A stretch of 58,788 nucleotides of DNA, counting the filler, from Sluysia triapertura (taxonomy: Eukaryota), in NCBI GenBank assembly GCA_046118255.1. It is 4 parts of 4 records of this genome, joined end to end, with 100 filler letters (N's around TTAATTAATTAA, not from the genome) between each part and the next. Parts side by side here need not be neighbours in the genome. Positions count along the whole stretch, not along the records: positions 34,820 to 45,688 come from JBJNIA010192350.1; positions 45,789 to 58,788 come from JBJNIA010065850.1; 2 more parts are not named here. One strand, 5' to 3'. Below are positions 40,247-53,214 of the stretch, piece after piece. The notes under the pieces were generated by a model that did not search any database, was not told where the DNA came from, and was given only the letters and a program-made list of their open reading frames with translations. The position numbers were made by a program, and so were the translations under genes. Each line of letters begins with the position of its first letter. Position 1 is the first letter of the stretch.

Positions 40247-40954
40247 TGTCATCGTACAAAATAATGTCAATTTTCGAAAAAAAGGAAGCAATTTTTTTTA
40301 AAAATAACATTCTCTAATTAGAAATCGAAAGTTCTAGAACATTAATTTTGATTGGCTGATGGCTAGTATAGTGTAAATCACAATTTATGCATAATTTATC
40401 AAGACAAAGACATAAATTACAAGTTGAAGGTATCATTTTTCTATATATTTACAGTGACAATTATTTTAGTTTAATTTTTAATTATTTTCCGTCCTTAACT
40501 ACAATCATTTTAAGTGGGATAATTTGATCTTCTCGTCTTCGAATCTAATTTATATATTTTTTTAGTTCCCGATTTAATGAGGAGTAAAATCTAATTTAAA
40601 ATATTTAGTTGTATAATTAAAGGCTCAATGAGCTTTAATTCTAACTTTTAATTATACAGTTTTATTCTGTTTTCAATCTTTTTCTTATAATTATTAACGT
40701 TTTAGTTCAATTTTTGTAAAAATAAAAGTTGGTGTTATTAATATAATTTTTATAACTATACCGAAAAAGTGAAAGATAATTAATTGAATTTAAAATCCTT
40801 TGAATAAAGTAAACACAATTAAGGTTAAAATGTAAAAGTTTATCATTCGTTTAAGAAAAATGTCAGTTATTGTTACAACGCCCACTCTGTGTTGTACGTC
40901 TTTTATTGTAATTTATTTTGCTTTAAGTTAAGAGTTAAGAAAACCACAACAACA
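40247..40954 (+). mobile_element. Dispersed repeat (solo-LTR-like), copy 2
   Basis: Shares ordered motifs with 42649-43344: GTTCTAGAA, CCCGAT..TGAGG.GTAAAAT, GCTCA..GAGCTTTAAT, AACGCCC and the terminal GTTAAG.GTTA..AAAACCACA. Left boundary approximate. Confidence 0.65.
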
Positions 40955-42648
40955 TTTGAACTCGATAATTCGACAGAGAATTAATACTTATTAACAATAA
41001 TTTAAAAAATTGAAGGGTCTCGTATATTTTTAAAAATAAAAAACAATTAGTTATAATATTAAATTAAATAAGAAATTATATTAGTAGAAGGAGTATTATA
41101 TTACCTGAAAACCACTTATAAAATGATTGAGTGAACGTTTTGTTTCAACTCTTATTCTTTTTTCGAGAAAACTGTAATTGTACGACAATGATTATAGTTC
41201 TGGGAGGATATATTTTGTTTGTTTGAAAAAAATATGCAGTCAGTATCCTTTCATACAGCGCCTTATAATCTTCAACTATAAATTCGTTGTATAATCCTTT
41301 ATTTACTTTCAACTTTATTGACAAACAATTCAGTTCAAAATGTGAATTTTTAGAATCGTGTGTCCTCTATTAAAAATTCTATCAGAGCTAAGTAAATTAT
41401 TTGTATTTGCATTAATTTTGTAAATATAGATTAATCATAAATTAAGAAAATAAAATTCTTAATATAGAAATTACTATTTTCATTATATTTTATAACTAGA
41501 TTATTCTAGCATGAAAAATGTGAAAATATTAAGAATATTTTGAGCCTTAAATTAACTGAATCAACAACTTAAAGGTATAAAACATACAATCTCTCGTTGA
41601 AGAATTTTTATATCGAATAATTTTCTTCGTAAATAATACCGAGTGTATTAGTGTATTTTTAGACCTTATTTTATCGTTTATACTAATAAGATCGTAATTA
41701 GTCAATCCAAATTACACAGTTATTATGTTTTTATTATTATTACTTAATAATTTTGAACATTAAATATATAATTTGGATTAACTGATATATTATAATTGAA
41801 AATGATAAGTCACTTACTCGTGATCTATTCATTTTGTTAGTTAACTATTTTCGATAAACAATCTGGCATAATCTATCTTTATACGTGATTTAGTGGAACA
41901 TTGTCAGTGTTATTACAGTACAGATAATCATATTAATTAATGTTAGAATTAAAATTGTATCAATATTATTTATTATATCATATTTATTATATCATAAATA
42001 TACGTGACATTTAAATTCTATTTTAAGTTCATTGATAATTCATTTTAAAGAATGCTTTACTTTTATAATTCAAAAATTACCATTTCTTCCTAAAGCATTT
42101 ATCAAAAGAAGTTACTACGTAAAAGATTGAGAAGAAATTATCTAAGTTTCTTACAACTATCAGGATCTACTACAACCTAAGTAATGTCACGATTTCAATA
42201 TTGTTGAAATTTTAAAAATATAAATCCATTAATTGCAGATTAACTGATCATATCTCGAATAATACAGTTGGAGTTAAATCTAACTAATCTTTTGGGAAAT
42301 TCGTGAATTATAAACATTTGGAACTTACGTATCTGAGTTTGCGGCGCTTTTTTTCCATTTGTTGACAATAATAAATCGTAAGTTAGTAATTATTAAGTTA
42401 TTCCCTTATATTGTATAAGGATCAAACTACACGTAAAATCACAGTAATTTGTTTTGTCTATAGTAATTTTAATTTAAAATCAATTCAATTAAGTGTTAAA
42501 CCATAATTTTAATATTATATTATTATGCGTACTAATGTTGGAAATAGGTTGTATTTTGTTTGTTTTGTAAAGTTTTATAATATATTTATATTTATATTTA
42601 TTTATATTTACTTTGTGTAATTGAAAGGTAAGAAAAGTATTTGATACG

Positions 42649-43344
42649 TGTAATAAGGTTAACGTCTATTGGATTGTCATCACAACCCTAAAAATAATTC
42701 AAAAGTGTCATAATGAAACTATTTAAAACCATCGAAAAATTAATCAAAATCACATAAAACGTTTTAAAACCATTTATTAATATTTAAAATTACTTTAAAA
42801 ATAATTATTTTCCAAAAAAGAAAATTAGCTTCTGAAAATAGAATAGAAACTTCTAGAATGTTCTAGAATATTCTCTGAACAACATCAATTTTTGGTAATT
42901 TATATATTTTTTAAGGGTAATTTTAACTTTCGAAGTTAAAATCATAAAATACAAGTAAATTTCATATTAATTTATAACGTTTTTAAGTCCCCGATATATT
43001 GAGGGGTAAAATTTACACAAATTATGTTATCATTAGATTAAACGCTCACGGAGCTTTAATCATTAAACTAATTATTTTTGTTCTCTCGTTCTTTAGTTAT
43101 TTAAGATTTTTGTGTTTTTTGAATAAAAGAATTAATACTTTCGTATTACTTAATTATTAAATTAATACTATTGAGCGATTATAAGGCTCTCTACCATTAA
43201 TTTGTTAGATAAAGACATTACTTTTTGGGTGATTTTTTAAGCTATTAGTCACAGAAACGCCCTCTTTACGACATAAGACGTTGACTGTAATCGAACTCTG
43301 TTCAAAAATATTTTGCCGTAGGTTAAGTGTTAGTAAAAACCACA
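42649..43344 (+). mobile_element. Dispersed repeat (solo-LTR-like), copy 3
   Basis: TGT...ACCACA termini, ~700 bp, same motifs as copy 2; no TSD seen. Confidence 0.65.
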
Positions 43345-43451
43345 GCTCCTCAGATAAATTACTTAAGAACTAATTAAGATAATTAAGAACTACAATGTAT
43401 CTATTGTTAAATCAGAAGAATTCACAAGAATTATTAGCCATTCGATATTAA

Positions 43452-43834
43452 CCCTTAATCGTAGACCCGTAGAAATTTAAAAAATCATGTGACATCGTCT
43501 TCTATTAAGATTTAAATCGTCGATAACAGGTTGACCTGAATTTAAACTATATTTGCTACAAGGTTTACAATGTTTACATAAAATTCCAATACAAGATATA
43601 AGAAATACTTTGGACTTTCAATACGACTTTTGGTCAGTGAAGATATTTGAACTAAATGTGCTCTAAATAAGCAAAGGAACATGTTTACATAATTTCAGAT
43701 TTTTAGAAAATATGGTTTTTGAAAAAATGCCTTGGGGCACATATGTCTCTGCAGTGGTTTAGTTATGGGATAAATATATCCTAGAATTTTTGAACATTCT
43801 CCGGGACTTATACATCCCTGCAGTATTGAAAGGG
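43452..43834. mobile_element. Short non-autonomous piggyBac-type element (383 bp)
   Basis: TTAA|CCCTT ... AAGGG|TTAA termini. Subterminal repeats GGGGCACATATGTCTCTGCAGT and GGGACTTATACATCCCTGCAGT. Confidence 0.6.
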
Positions 43835-45645
43835 TTAAGAAAATTAACGGAATTCGGCATAAATTTATGAAATAAAAAATTTATGAATTTAACTTATATA
43901 AATATACAATCTGAAAAACTACTGAAGTATCACAAGACTCGTTTTGATATTCAATCATTGTAATAAATATTTATTAGTTAAAAATTATTATTATTTCATA
44001 ACTGACTATTATAATGTAGCATTATTAGATTAATTAGTTTTTCTTAATTTTCATTTTAAACACAATTTTCAAAATTATAAGAAATTGTAAAATTTGTACC
44101 AGACAAAAAAAGGTAATAATTATTTTTAGGTTTTTAATTGTAAATAGCATTTTAAGAAAAGTAAAACAAAATGTATCGCAATCAACTTTGTATATTTGGC
44201 TTATTTGACGAAACAAAGCTTCACTTTGTATGCTTCATTTCATTAATTTCATTTTATGAGCTTCATTGAAATATACTAACTAATTAAAATGATGATAAAA
44301 TATTTAATTTTCATCAACAACAGTTATAATAACAAACATAATTTACGAAATTAGAGTTAAATTTAGTCTTTTGATTCTTTAATTTCGAAATAAGAAGCGA
44401 TAAGATGCTGAATTTTAGGATGCTGTTGAAATTAAACATAATCCTTATGGTCATTTATATTAGTACTTTCATACCAATCATAAATTAATATTAATAATTA
44501 CAATACTAAAATTATTTTATTATTTTTAAATTTTTAATTATTTTTATACTTTTAATTGTTCGGTTTACAATCGACGAACAATTATAACAATAGAAGTATT
44601 ATAAATAATTTTAAACAAAAGGTAATACCACAAATTAATGACCTCTGTGAACTCAATAATTATAGATAAATTAAAATACAATAATAAAATATAAAGATAA
44701 TTAAGATGAAATTTAACTTACAGACCTTATAATAATAATAATGATAATAATAATAAATATAATAATAATAAATAATATATAATAATAATAATAAATAATA
44801 TAATAATAACAATAAACAGAATTATCTGCGGACAATTAATTGAAAAATAATTGAATTTTAAGTGTTTGTCCAATGAAATTCGAATTAGCTACATTAGCTG
44901 CCACTTCACAATTCACTGGAGCAACGTAATTAAAAAACATTAGTTATAATTTAATTCACATTTGATTGGTTCAACTTTATTAAGTGTTTTGTGATGAATA
45001 CTTTTCTTGAAATTAGTTGAAAAAGATTGTTACAATTAGGATTCAGTTATTTTTTTGGCAAAGTTTATAAAAATTAAATTATGAATTTAAAATGAAATCG
45101 TCTGACTTGAGATTGATAATTGTTTCCTAAATTATTACATTAAACGTTTATGTACTGATAATATTTAAATGTCACCTTTGTATGAGAACTTATTTGCATC
45201 TGTGCACTACTATTGATCAAGGGATTTCAAAAAATGCGTCAAATTCAGTTGAACTTTGTGTTGCAACATTATCCAATTTCTGATTAAATGGGGTAAGTAT
45301 TTAATCATCCTGCTTTAAAAATAGTATAGATTTATACAAAGAAAATGATGATTTACAAAAGGATATATCAGTAAGTGAAGCTAAGCACTAAATTGTCTTA
45401 TGTTATACATTTAACAATCTACATGTGCAGTCGAAGAAGAGTAGATTTATCAGGATCAGATTTCTCTCGAGTATCGTGAGCTTCCTTACAAACTTCAAAG
45501 AAAAATGTAACTTAGCTTAATATTCCAACTCGAATTGAAAGAGGTACTCGTTAACAAAATAATACTTATTTTGTAGCTAATCTTGTCGTGCAGTCGTCAT
45601 CAACACTATCTTCATTGTTAAATAATTCTGAAAATATGAAGTGGT

Positions 45646-45683
<38 letters not shown>

Positions 45684-45688
45684 ACCAC

Positions 45689-45788
45689 NNNNNNNNNNNN
45701 NNNNNNNNNNNNNNNNNNNNNNNNNNNNNNNNTTAATTAATTAANNNNNNNNNNNNNNNNNNNNNNNNNNNNNNNNNNNNNNNNNNNN
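45689..45788. other. Artificial contig linker
   Basis: 44N-TTAATTAATTAA-44N. Confidence 0.98.
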
Positions 45789-46196
45789 TTCAACAAAATA
45801 ATTGTTATTCAAGAAATGTTTTATAACTTATTGGTACGTGATGGAGATGAACCATTTCATATTACTCGAAATCCCAATAGGATACCAAGGTTAAATAATT
45901 TAGATGAAACCAAAAATTAAGGAAAATTACTAACTATGTTGAATCAAAATAAATGCAATTTTGATAATCTTAAAGTTAATGTGGACGATGTATATCAGAT
46001 TATTTTATCTAAGAAATAGAGACTTATCAAAGACGAATAATGGTAACAAGGAATTACACATTAATAGGATCAACTTGTTTCACGACCTTTTGACTAATAT
46101 TAGTATTTATTCTAGTGTAGAATTACTTAGTTGTTCTGTTAGTTATGAATTTATTTATATAATTATTTTTTAGTTGAATCAATTTTAGATTGGAAA

Positions 46197-47387
46197 ATGG
46201 AACGCTGGGCGGTCAGATTAGAAAACTTTTACATTATTTGTGTTTTTAATAAAAATCTTGTAAATATAAGTTTAATGTATTTTAACATTCTTTATTCAAT
46301 TAAACCTTATATAAATATAATATTATCAATAAACAACTCTTATATTAAACCAGATAATGAAATTATAAAAAAACAAGTATATTGTGATCATGGAGTTAAA
46401 AGAATTAACAATTACGAATCATTATATTAGTGATAGTACAAATTACTGTCACTTTAATAAAGAATTTAAGATAATCCCAGGGAATGTATTGAGTAAGGAG
46501 AACAACATTAAAATATTAAATCTTAAACTACGCTATTATAAATCCAATTCATCTAATATACTTTCATTTTCACATTCAGCTTCCAATACTCTTTACTCTA
46601 TTGAATTTGACAATACGCCCTCAACTTCACCTTACATCACAATCATAACCATATATCTTAACCTTCCTTGTGTAAAGATTAAATATAAACCTTCGATTAT
46701 AAAATCAATTAATAAATCAAATTATATAATATATTCGTTCATAAATCAGTACTACAAAATTTACACTATAAAATGTGCAAATTTATAAAACCGAATATCT
46801 CGAATTTCGTAATTATGATACGGAAGTTAGAGTCAAAGTATTACAAAATGTGTCTAAAACCACCTCGACTTAACTTTAGTTCTTGGAACGTACAGGAATA
46901 TTAAATTAATAATTTGGTAAACCCTATTGCTATATTCACTGATTTTTTGGCTAACGAGAAGCGGCATATTCTTGTCAGAATATATGTAGCACCAGAAAAA
47001 TTAGAACAATTACATTTTGCATTAAAAGGAACGCGGAAATACCTATCATTATCGGAAATACTGAAAACTATCCAGCTCTATTAATACTAATTTTAGCTGC
47101 AAAATTATTTATCATTGCTCTATCAATAGTTATACTAGTAATAATTATGTTTGTGTCGAACAGATGTAGATATCCGGGCTTGCCTCCAAATAATGACAAT
47201 GTTGGTCGGTATACTATTCCACATAGAAATATTTTTGAGCCACTACCAGGATTTCCACCTCATGTTTATGAATACGTAACAGGTAACTATTTACAATTAA
47301 TGTATGGCAGTTGGCAAATGATAAGCTCACAGTCAGTCATGATAGAATGTTTATATATGACGCGTATAGTTACGTACATACAAAATC

Positions 47388-47392
<5 letters not shown>
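46197..47392 (+). pseudogene. Broken coding-like region for a putative membrane-anchored protein
   Basis: Successive overlapping + strand ORFs. A hydrophobic stretch ALLILILAAKLFIIALSIVILVIIMFV lies in frame just upstream of the Pro-rich ORF 47147-47392. No family recognised. Confidence 0.35.

Positions 47393-47440
<48 letters not shown>
47387..47440. repeat. (AAT)n microsatellite
   Basis: Direct reading. Confidence 0.95.
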
Positions 47441-48229
47441 GATTACATTTAAATCACTTCAGAAAACCATATATGCAAAAGTAAAAAAAGAGTTGTTTGA
47501 CTAATTTGTGTAGACACGGATTGAATGTTAGTTAATATGCAAGATATCGGGTGATGATTTGCAATGGTCTTGTAGAAAATCAATTATTTAATATTACTCT
47601 GGAGTTAGAAATCGAATATGAACCAAATCAAAATTCGAAAATTATATCAATACACAATTATAGGATTATAACAAAACATAATATTTTAACTATAAAATTT
47701 CCAATGTTATTATATAGGGAAAGAAACAATTTCGTAAGAATAACAAACCCTTTAACGGAAAATGCTATATTAATTGGTTGCGAAATAAATAAAAAGAACC
47801 CACTCAAGAAAGATTTCGATGAACTATTTGACAAAGAACATCTCTATGCGCTAATACTTCCTAAAACTAGTATTCATCTATTTTTGCACCAGAACGTAAT
47901 CTAATATGTATTGAAGTATGGTGTGGCAAGGCCTTTTTAGATTTAAATATTAGAAATTAATTATAAATTTTCAACTTTTTTTATTTTAAAATTTATATTA
48001 AAAAAGTAAAAAACTGCCCTAATATAAAAAACAATTAAAATTTAACTTTAAAACAATTAACACAATATTAAACTTCTTAATTAATGAACTAGGCTTAAGG
48101 CCTTTTAAAGATAACAATTTTAACAAAATATCAACAAGGTTTACAAGTTTATTAACAAAACAATAAAATGTTGTAAAAACATATAATCATACTTATGATA
48201 ATTGCAAAAAGTTGGTGGCGGGTATAAGT

Positions 48230-51057
48230 TGTAGTGGACAACCTTTATAACTGTTAAATTTTAAAAGAAAAAATTAATTAAACCTTCAACACTTTGATAT
48301 TCACACACTTACTTCCTACACACTTACAAAACAGTTCATTTGCCTAAACTAAGCCAGATTCACAATCTCATAATATACAAACCACAGTTACATCTAATAC
48401 CATCAACTTACACCAACAGATCTATCACAAACATGTAACTCGACATTCATAACAACCAATTAATATCCACATTTGAAATTATCTACTTTACACCTTCGAA
48501 TCAATTACAACACCTTAAGTTCAACACTTGTCATTGTATGGTCACCAACAACACAATACAATACCATTCTAAAACATCAAATAAACAAATCACATAAAAC
48601 ATTGCACATTAAAATTTCAAATATACCAAGAGTTGTATTATAATTTACCTTTTCACATTTACCAAACTACTCTCTTCTAAATAGGCCTTTTATTCACGAT
48701 CTTCCAATATTCAAATGTCGTTCTCAATCATGAATTTAAATCACCATCTAAGAACTCATTCTAACATTCTCCATTTCATTCCACGACATAAATCATCTAT
48801 CTTATCTTGAAACGTTAACCACACATATAAATTCATTTAAAGCAATCTCTACTCAAAAATTTTAATTTCAAACACATTTTAAATTTATTGCAATATGTCA
48901 AGAAACCTAGAAGAATTAAAGGAAGATCGTGTGCAGTTTTAAAGAATTCAGCAATTTATGTCAATTAATAACCATAATAACCATTTTTTGTCGCCGTTGT
49001 TACAGAATCCAATTCAACTATTTTTTCAGATCTAGAATATGTTAAGAATTCAATGAAAGCGACAGAAAGATTGTGTTAAGAAAAAGACAAGAAATTTATG
49101 CAATTTTTAATATTTTCGCAGTAAAATAATATTAATAATAATAACATTGTTGCTATTATTGTTGTTATAAAATTTTATTAATTTAATTAATTTACTATAA
49201 AATAACAAAAATTGTTTCCACCATCACCATTGTTGACATTATTCATTACTGTCAACAGATTTATGTCAACACTGATGATGGCTAATCATTCATTCATATT
49301 ACTGGCCATCCAACCAGAATTAAATTTATTATATTTAGTTAAACAATTCTGGTTGGATGACCAATCACTGGTCATCATCTGAAAAAATGAATTAAAAAAT
49401 GAAAATATAAATTTTTGAACTAGATAGCAAAACAAAAATAAATTATTATTGTCTCTTGTTGTTATGTTATAGATATAGTTGCTCAAATTTCAAATGATAC
49501 ATAGCTATTACACTTACCTGAACGTATAGTTTATAATATGAAATTAAACCGTATACAAGAACAAAATGTTAATGCAGACTTTCATAAGCAAATCGAATGC
49601 AAAAACTCGGTTCAATTAATTTTAAATACCACTCAAGATGTTTATTCTGGTAAAATTAATGACAATCTCTCTTCAGTTGTTACCAATAAAAAGTATTAAA
49701 GCATTATTTTTCATGCTCAATTATCAAGAATGTTATAAAGTTTATAAATGTATTAATTCTAATTTAATATCTATTTTGGGCGTATATTCGTTTATGTATT
49801 CTAATAATGAATAAGTTGATTCACTTGATAATTATGAGTCTATTATGATGCTGTCTCCTATTTCTGATCTAGATGACTTAGAAAAATTGAAAATAAATTC
49901 TAGTATAATTATTGATTGTAGAGTTCATTCAGCGGTGATTCAAAATTTAGAACGTCACAATTTTATAAATACAATGGAACCTGTTTCTCTAAATCAATGT
50001 CTCGTAAAGTCTAGTTACTGTAATCGATCTAGTATTACGGATTCGAAATCGTACCCATTGAGTTACATTAGCAAATTAATGTATAATCTGGCTGAAAGAT
50101 TTAGTAAATGTATTTCGTTTAAGGTCAATGAACAATTTCTTTTATTTGTTCAGTTAGTTTTGCATCCATGTACTGATGTTTTCAAATCATCTTATAATCA
50201 TGAAACATGTTGTCATGTTCCAACTAACTTAGTTAGTTCAGACACCAAAACGAAAGTTGAAGATTGTCAAACTATTTCAAAGTAGTGATAATTGTTGTAG
50301 CTATGAACCTGCATGTTTCGGTAACGAATTTTTAAAATTGCATTGTTTTGATTATTAGAAAGTAAATTCATTAACTAGAGTTTTACATGCAACGTGTGCA
50401 ACACCAGTAATTACGTATATTTTCCTTCTTCAAAAATGTATTCAGTTATTCAAAAGTCTGTGCAATATTCATCATATAAAAAGACTTTCATCTATATATT
50501 TAGTAATCAATAATTTTGAAATTTTGTTACAATTGGATCATCTCTATGCTCAGAATTATCGTAATAAACCAAATGATATTAAAAAAATAAGACTAATGCT
50601 AAAGTTATGCGTTCATCTCTACAATCTCTACAATCTATTGGATAAACATAATGAATTCAAGGGTCATAAACGAGAAATTAAAAACTTAAATTTTTGTCTT
50701 ATTCAATTATTTTATAAGTTATACATACATTTTTCTTCAGATGATCCTTTTGAAGTGCAGCGGATTGGGATACATTAGGATACGGTATCAAAATTAATAG
50801 TTTTTGTCTCTACGTTAAATAAAAGTTTCGTATTTACTTATACGTTGTTTATTCTTTTATATAATTTGTTTAAAATTAAGTTATGTGGTATTAATAATAT
50901 AAGTAAAGATTGTATGAAATTTATCTTAAATTCTAAAAGAAGTTTTTACCAATTAAGAATAAGTTCAATAACGTATACACAAACATACTTATATCTACCG
51001 AAGAATAATTTTATAAATTTAAATTCAATTTATTTTAATTATAATAAAACCCCACCA
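48230..51057 (+). repeat. Putative 5' LTR (~2.8 kb)
   Basis: Starts TGTAGTGGACAAC and ends CCCCACCA 3 nt before the PBS. Shares TTCGAATCAATTACAACAC, AAATATACCAAGAGTTGTAT and CAACACTGATGATGGCTA collinearly with the 3' LTR up to ~49370. Homology beyond that point is not demonstrable. Confidence 0.7.
49845..50285 (+). CDS. Unknown 146-aa Cys/Ser-rich ORF inside the putative 5' LTR (part of a broken coding tract 49538-50778)
   Basis: ORF track, with flanking same-strand ORFs at 49538-49699 and 50524-50778. Confidence 0.45.
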   Translation: MMLSPISDLDDLEKLKINSSIIIDCRVHSAVIQNLERHNFINTMEPVSLNQCLVKSSYCNRSSITDSKSYPLSYISKLMYNLAERFSKCISFKVNEQFLLFVQLVLHPCTDVFKSSYNHETCCHVPTNLVSSDTKTKVEDCQTISK

Positions 51058-51060
51058 AAT

Positions 51061-51073
51061 TGGTGTCAGGAGT
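51061..51073 (+). promoter_or_regulatory. Primer-binding site, tRNA-Leu
   Basis: TGGTGTCAGGAGT is complementary to the ACTCCTGACACCA 3' end of eukaryotic tRNA-Leu(CAG). Confidence 0.85.
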
Positions 51074-51500
51074 TTAAGAGAACCTTGCTGTATCCTATGT
51101 AAGTCATGAAGCCAAGCCTTATTATTTATATATTTAAATGCATAAATTCTTTATGTAGCAAATGTGATCTTATCGTAGAGAGATATGCACATAAATATAA
51201 TTTTTATAATAAAAGTCTTAACAACAGCAATACACATATCTTTCGCGATAACTTTATAGACAAATCATATGTAATAATATAATTATACCTAAGATTGCTA
51301 CTAAAATCATTTTGTATGTAATGAATTCTTTAAAAATTGTAATACTATTATACCAACATCTATAGTTATAAATTCTTCCAATAATAATAACAATTATAAT
51401 AGTTACCAACAAAATACATTCACCAAGTCCATTAAATTTTTTAAATATTAAATATTTTTTAACATAATTCCAAGTCATTTAAAAAATCAAAAGAACAAAC

Positions 51501-53028
51501 ATGTTACTTTTCAATTACAAAACAACTCTTTTCATGTTACACCCTCACGTAATTCAATACGCACTAAGCATAAATAAAAGAAAACTAAATCTAAGAAAAC
51601 AGGAAAAACTTATACACTTAAACAGTGTTATCAAACCATCTGTAAACACAACATCTAACAAAAATGGTAATATCAGTCTACACAACAATATCATCACTCA
51701 ACCACTAAACAAAACATTTCCACCTTCACTATTCGAAACATATATTAAACATTCAGCGCAAGAGATTTCATACAATAACATTAAACCTCCACTAAAACAA
51801 CGAAACAACAAGAAAAACAATACACGGGCACAAAACTCCGATTTTAAACAATTAAAAGATACCACAATACAACTTCTGCTACCCAACACAAACAATGAAC
51901 AACTTCACGAAACACAAAACTATGCTATCAACTCTTCCAATAACATTGAACGTCCACAATATTTTTCAAATAGCGAAAATAACAACATGCCTCCACATAA
52001 TAATAATTCAGAATAATTAAAACAAAACACAACACAATTTTTACCACATAAAACGAACAATAAATCATCTTACAAACATCAAACTCAAAACAACTTCATC
52101 AACTCACCTCATAATCACAATCAGTACAAAACTCCATTGAAGCAACAAATATTCATACGTATAATAATGAAACCAAACAACTAACAAACCATACAACATC
52201 AACCTTATTTCTCAAAATAAACAATAAATCTTCTCACGACAGTAAAACACAAAAATCTTTTAAACCATACACCATACCTTTTGTCTGGACAACATGACTC
52301 ATAAAATTAATAAAATTTTAAGTTATAGGTTTTCTACTACCCCAACCACACCTCTGATTTACACTAAAAACGCAGTCCTAGACAAAAATAACAAAACAAA
52401 AAGGGGTAATCAACCACAAACTACTCTACATTATAAATCACAATTCACCTGGGCTCCTAATACGTATAAAATAAAGGATAAAAAATCCTTCGCTCAAGTC
52501 TGTAAACAAGGTCCCCAAATTTAATGTGCCATTATGGCCAATACAAATCAAAGGATCATTGAATCCGATTTAAAAAAGCAATTCCAAACAAATTAACACG
52601 TTCAAGGATGTATCGAAGCAATCATCCAAAAATGCAAATCTTAAAATCAATATACAAGACCAAAAGACCAGTAAGTCTAATTTCAAACAAGTCAATACTT
52701 CTAAGAATACACTCAATCAAACGTTAAAACATAAACAACAAAATCGTTGAACGAAATCAAAAACAATTCAATACTCAAAACAAAGAACAAAAAAATTATT
52801 CTAATAATCAGACAATTCAAGTCAAAAAATCAAACAAAACAAAACGTATTATTTCAAACGAAACCATAGATCAGAACAATCATATCAAAACAATAACAAG
52901 CCGCTCAATTCTCAAACAGAAACAAATTTTTACCAGGAACAATAATCGACTCAAACACGCCATTTGAGCGACACGTGTGCACTAACATCAACGCAGCCAC
53001 CAATTCGAAAACCCGAAATAACAAAACA
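51501..53028 (+). pseudogene. Long N/Q/K/T-rich leader ORF (fragmented) upstream of gag
   Basis: ORFs 51501-52016 and 52294-52524 plus intervening frames share a low-complexity composition and strand skew. Confidence 0.5.
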
Positions 53029-53214
53029 ATAAATATAATAATAAAATGCATAGCGTGCAATATAAATTCGCGCCTTAAAATCAAAACTCCCACCCTATTA
53101 CATAGGTTAAGTAAACACCCTCAGGCATGGTTTACTTATCAGGCTCAACCGTTATGTGATTACGAAATTCCACACGGAGCAATTATATCAGTTAATCACC
53201 AACTACCTGGCGGC
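53029..53214 (+). CDS. Ubiquitin-like domain ending in LPGG, in frame with the start of gag
   Basis: INIIIKCI...WFTYQAQPLCDYEIPHGAIISVNHQLPGG versus ubiquitin MQIFVKTL...[29 protein letters not shown]. Confidence 0.65.

Noticed and set aside
41105-41370. Possible minus-strand exon
   Set aside because: It needs a frameshift to reach the donor and has no recognisable domain.
45641-45688. Perfect palindrome GTGGTACTTT(AT)nAAAGTACCAC
   Set aside because: It sits exactly at a contig end around a (TA)n run, so it is probably a fold-back assembly artefact.
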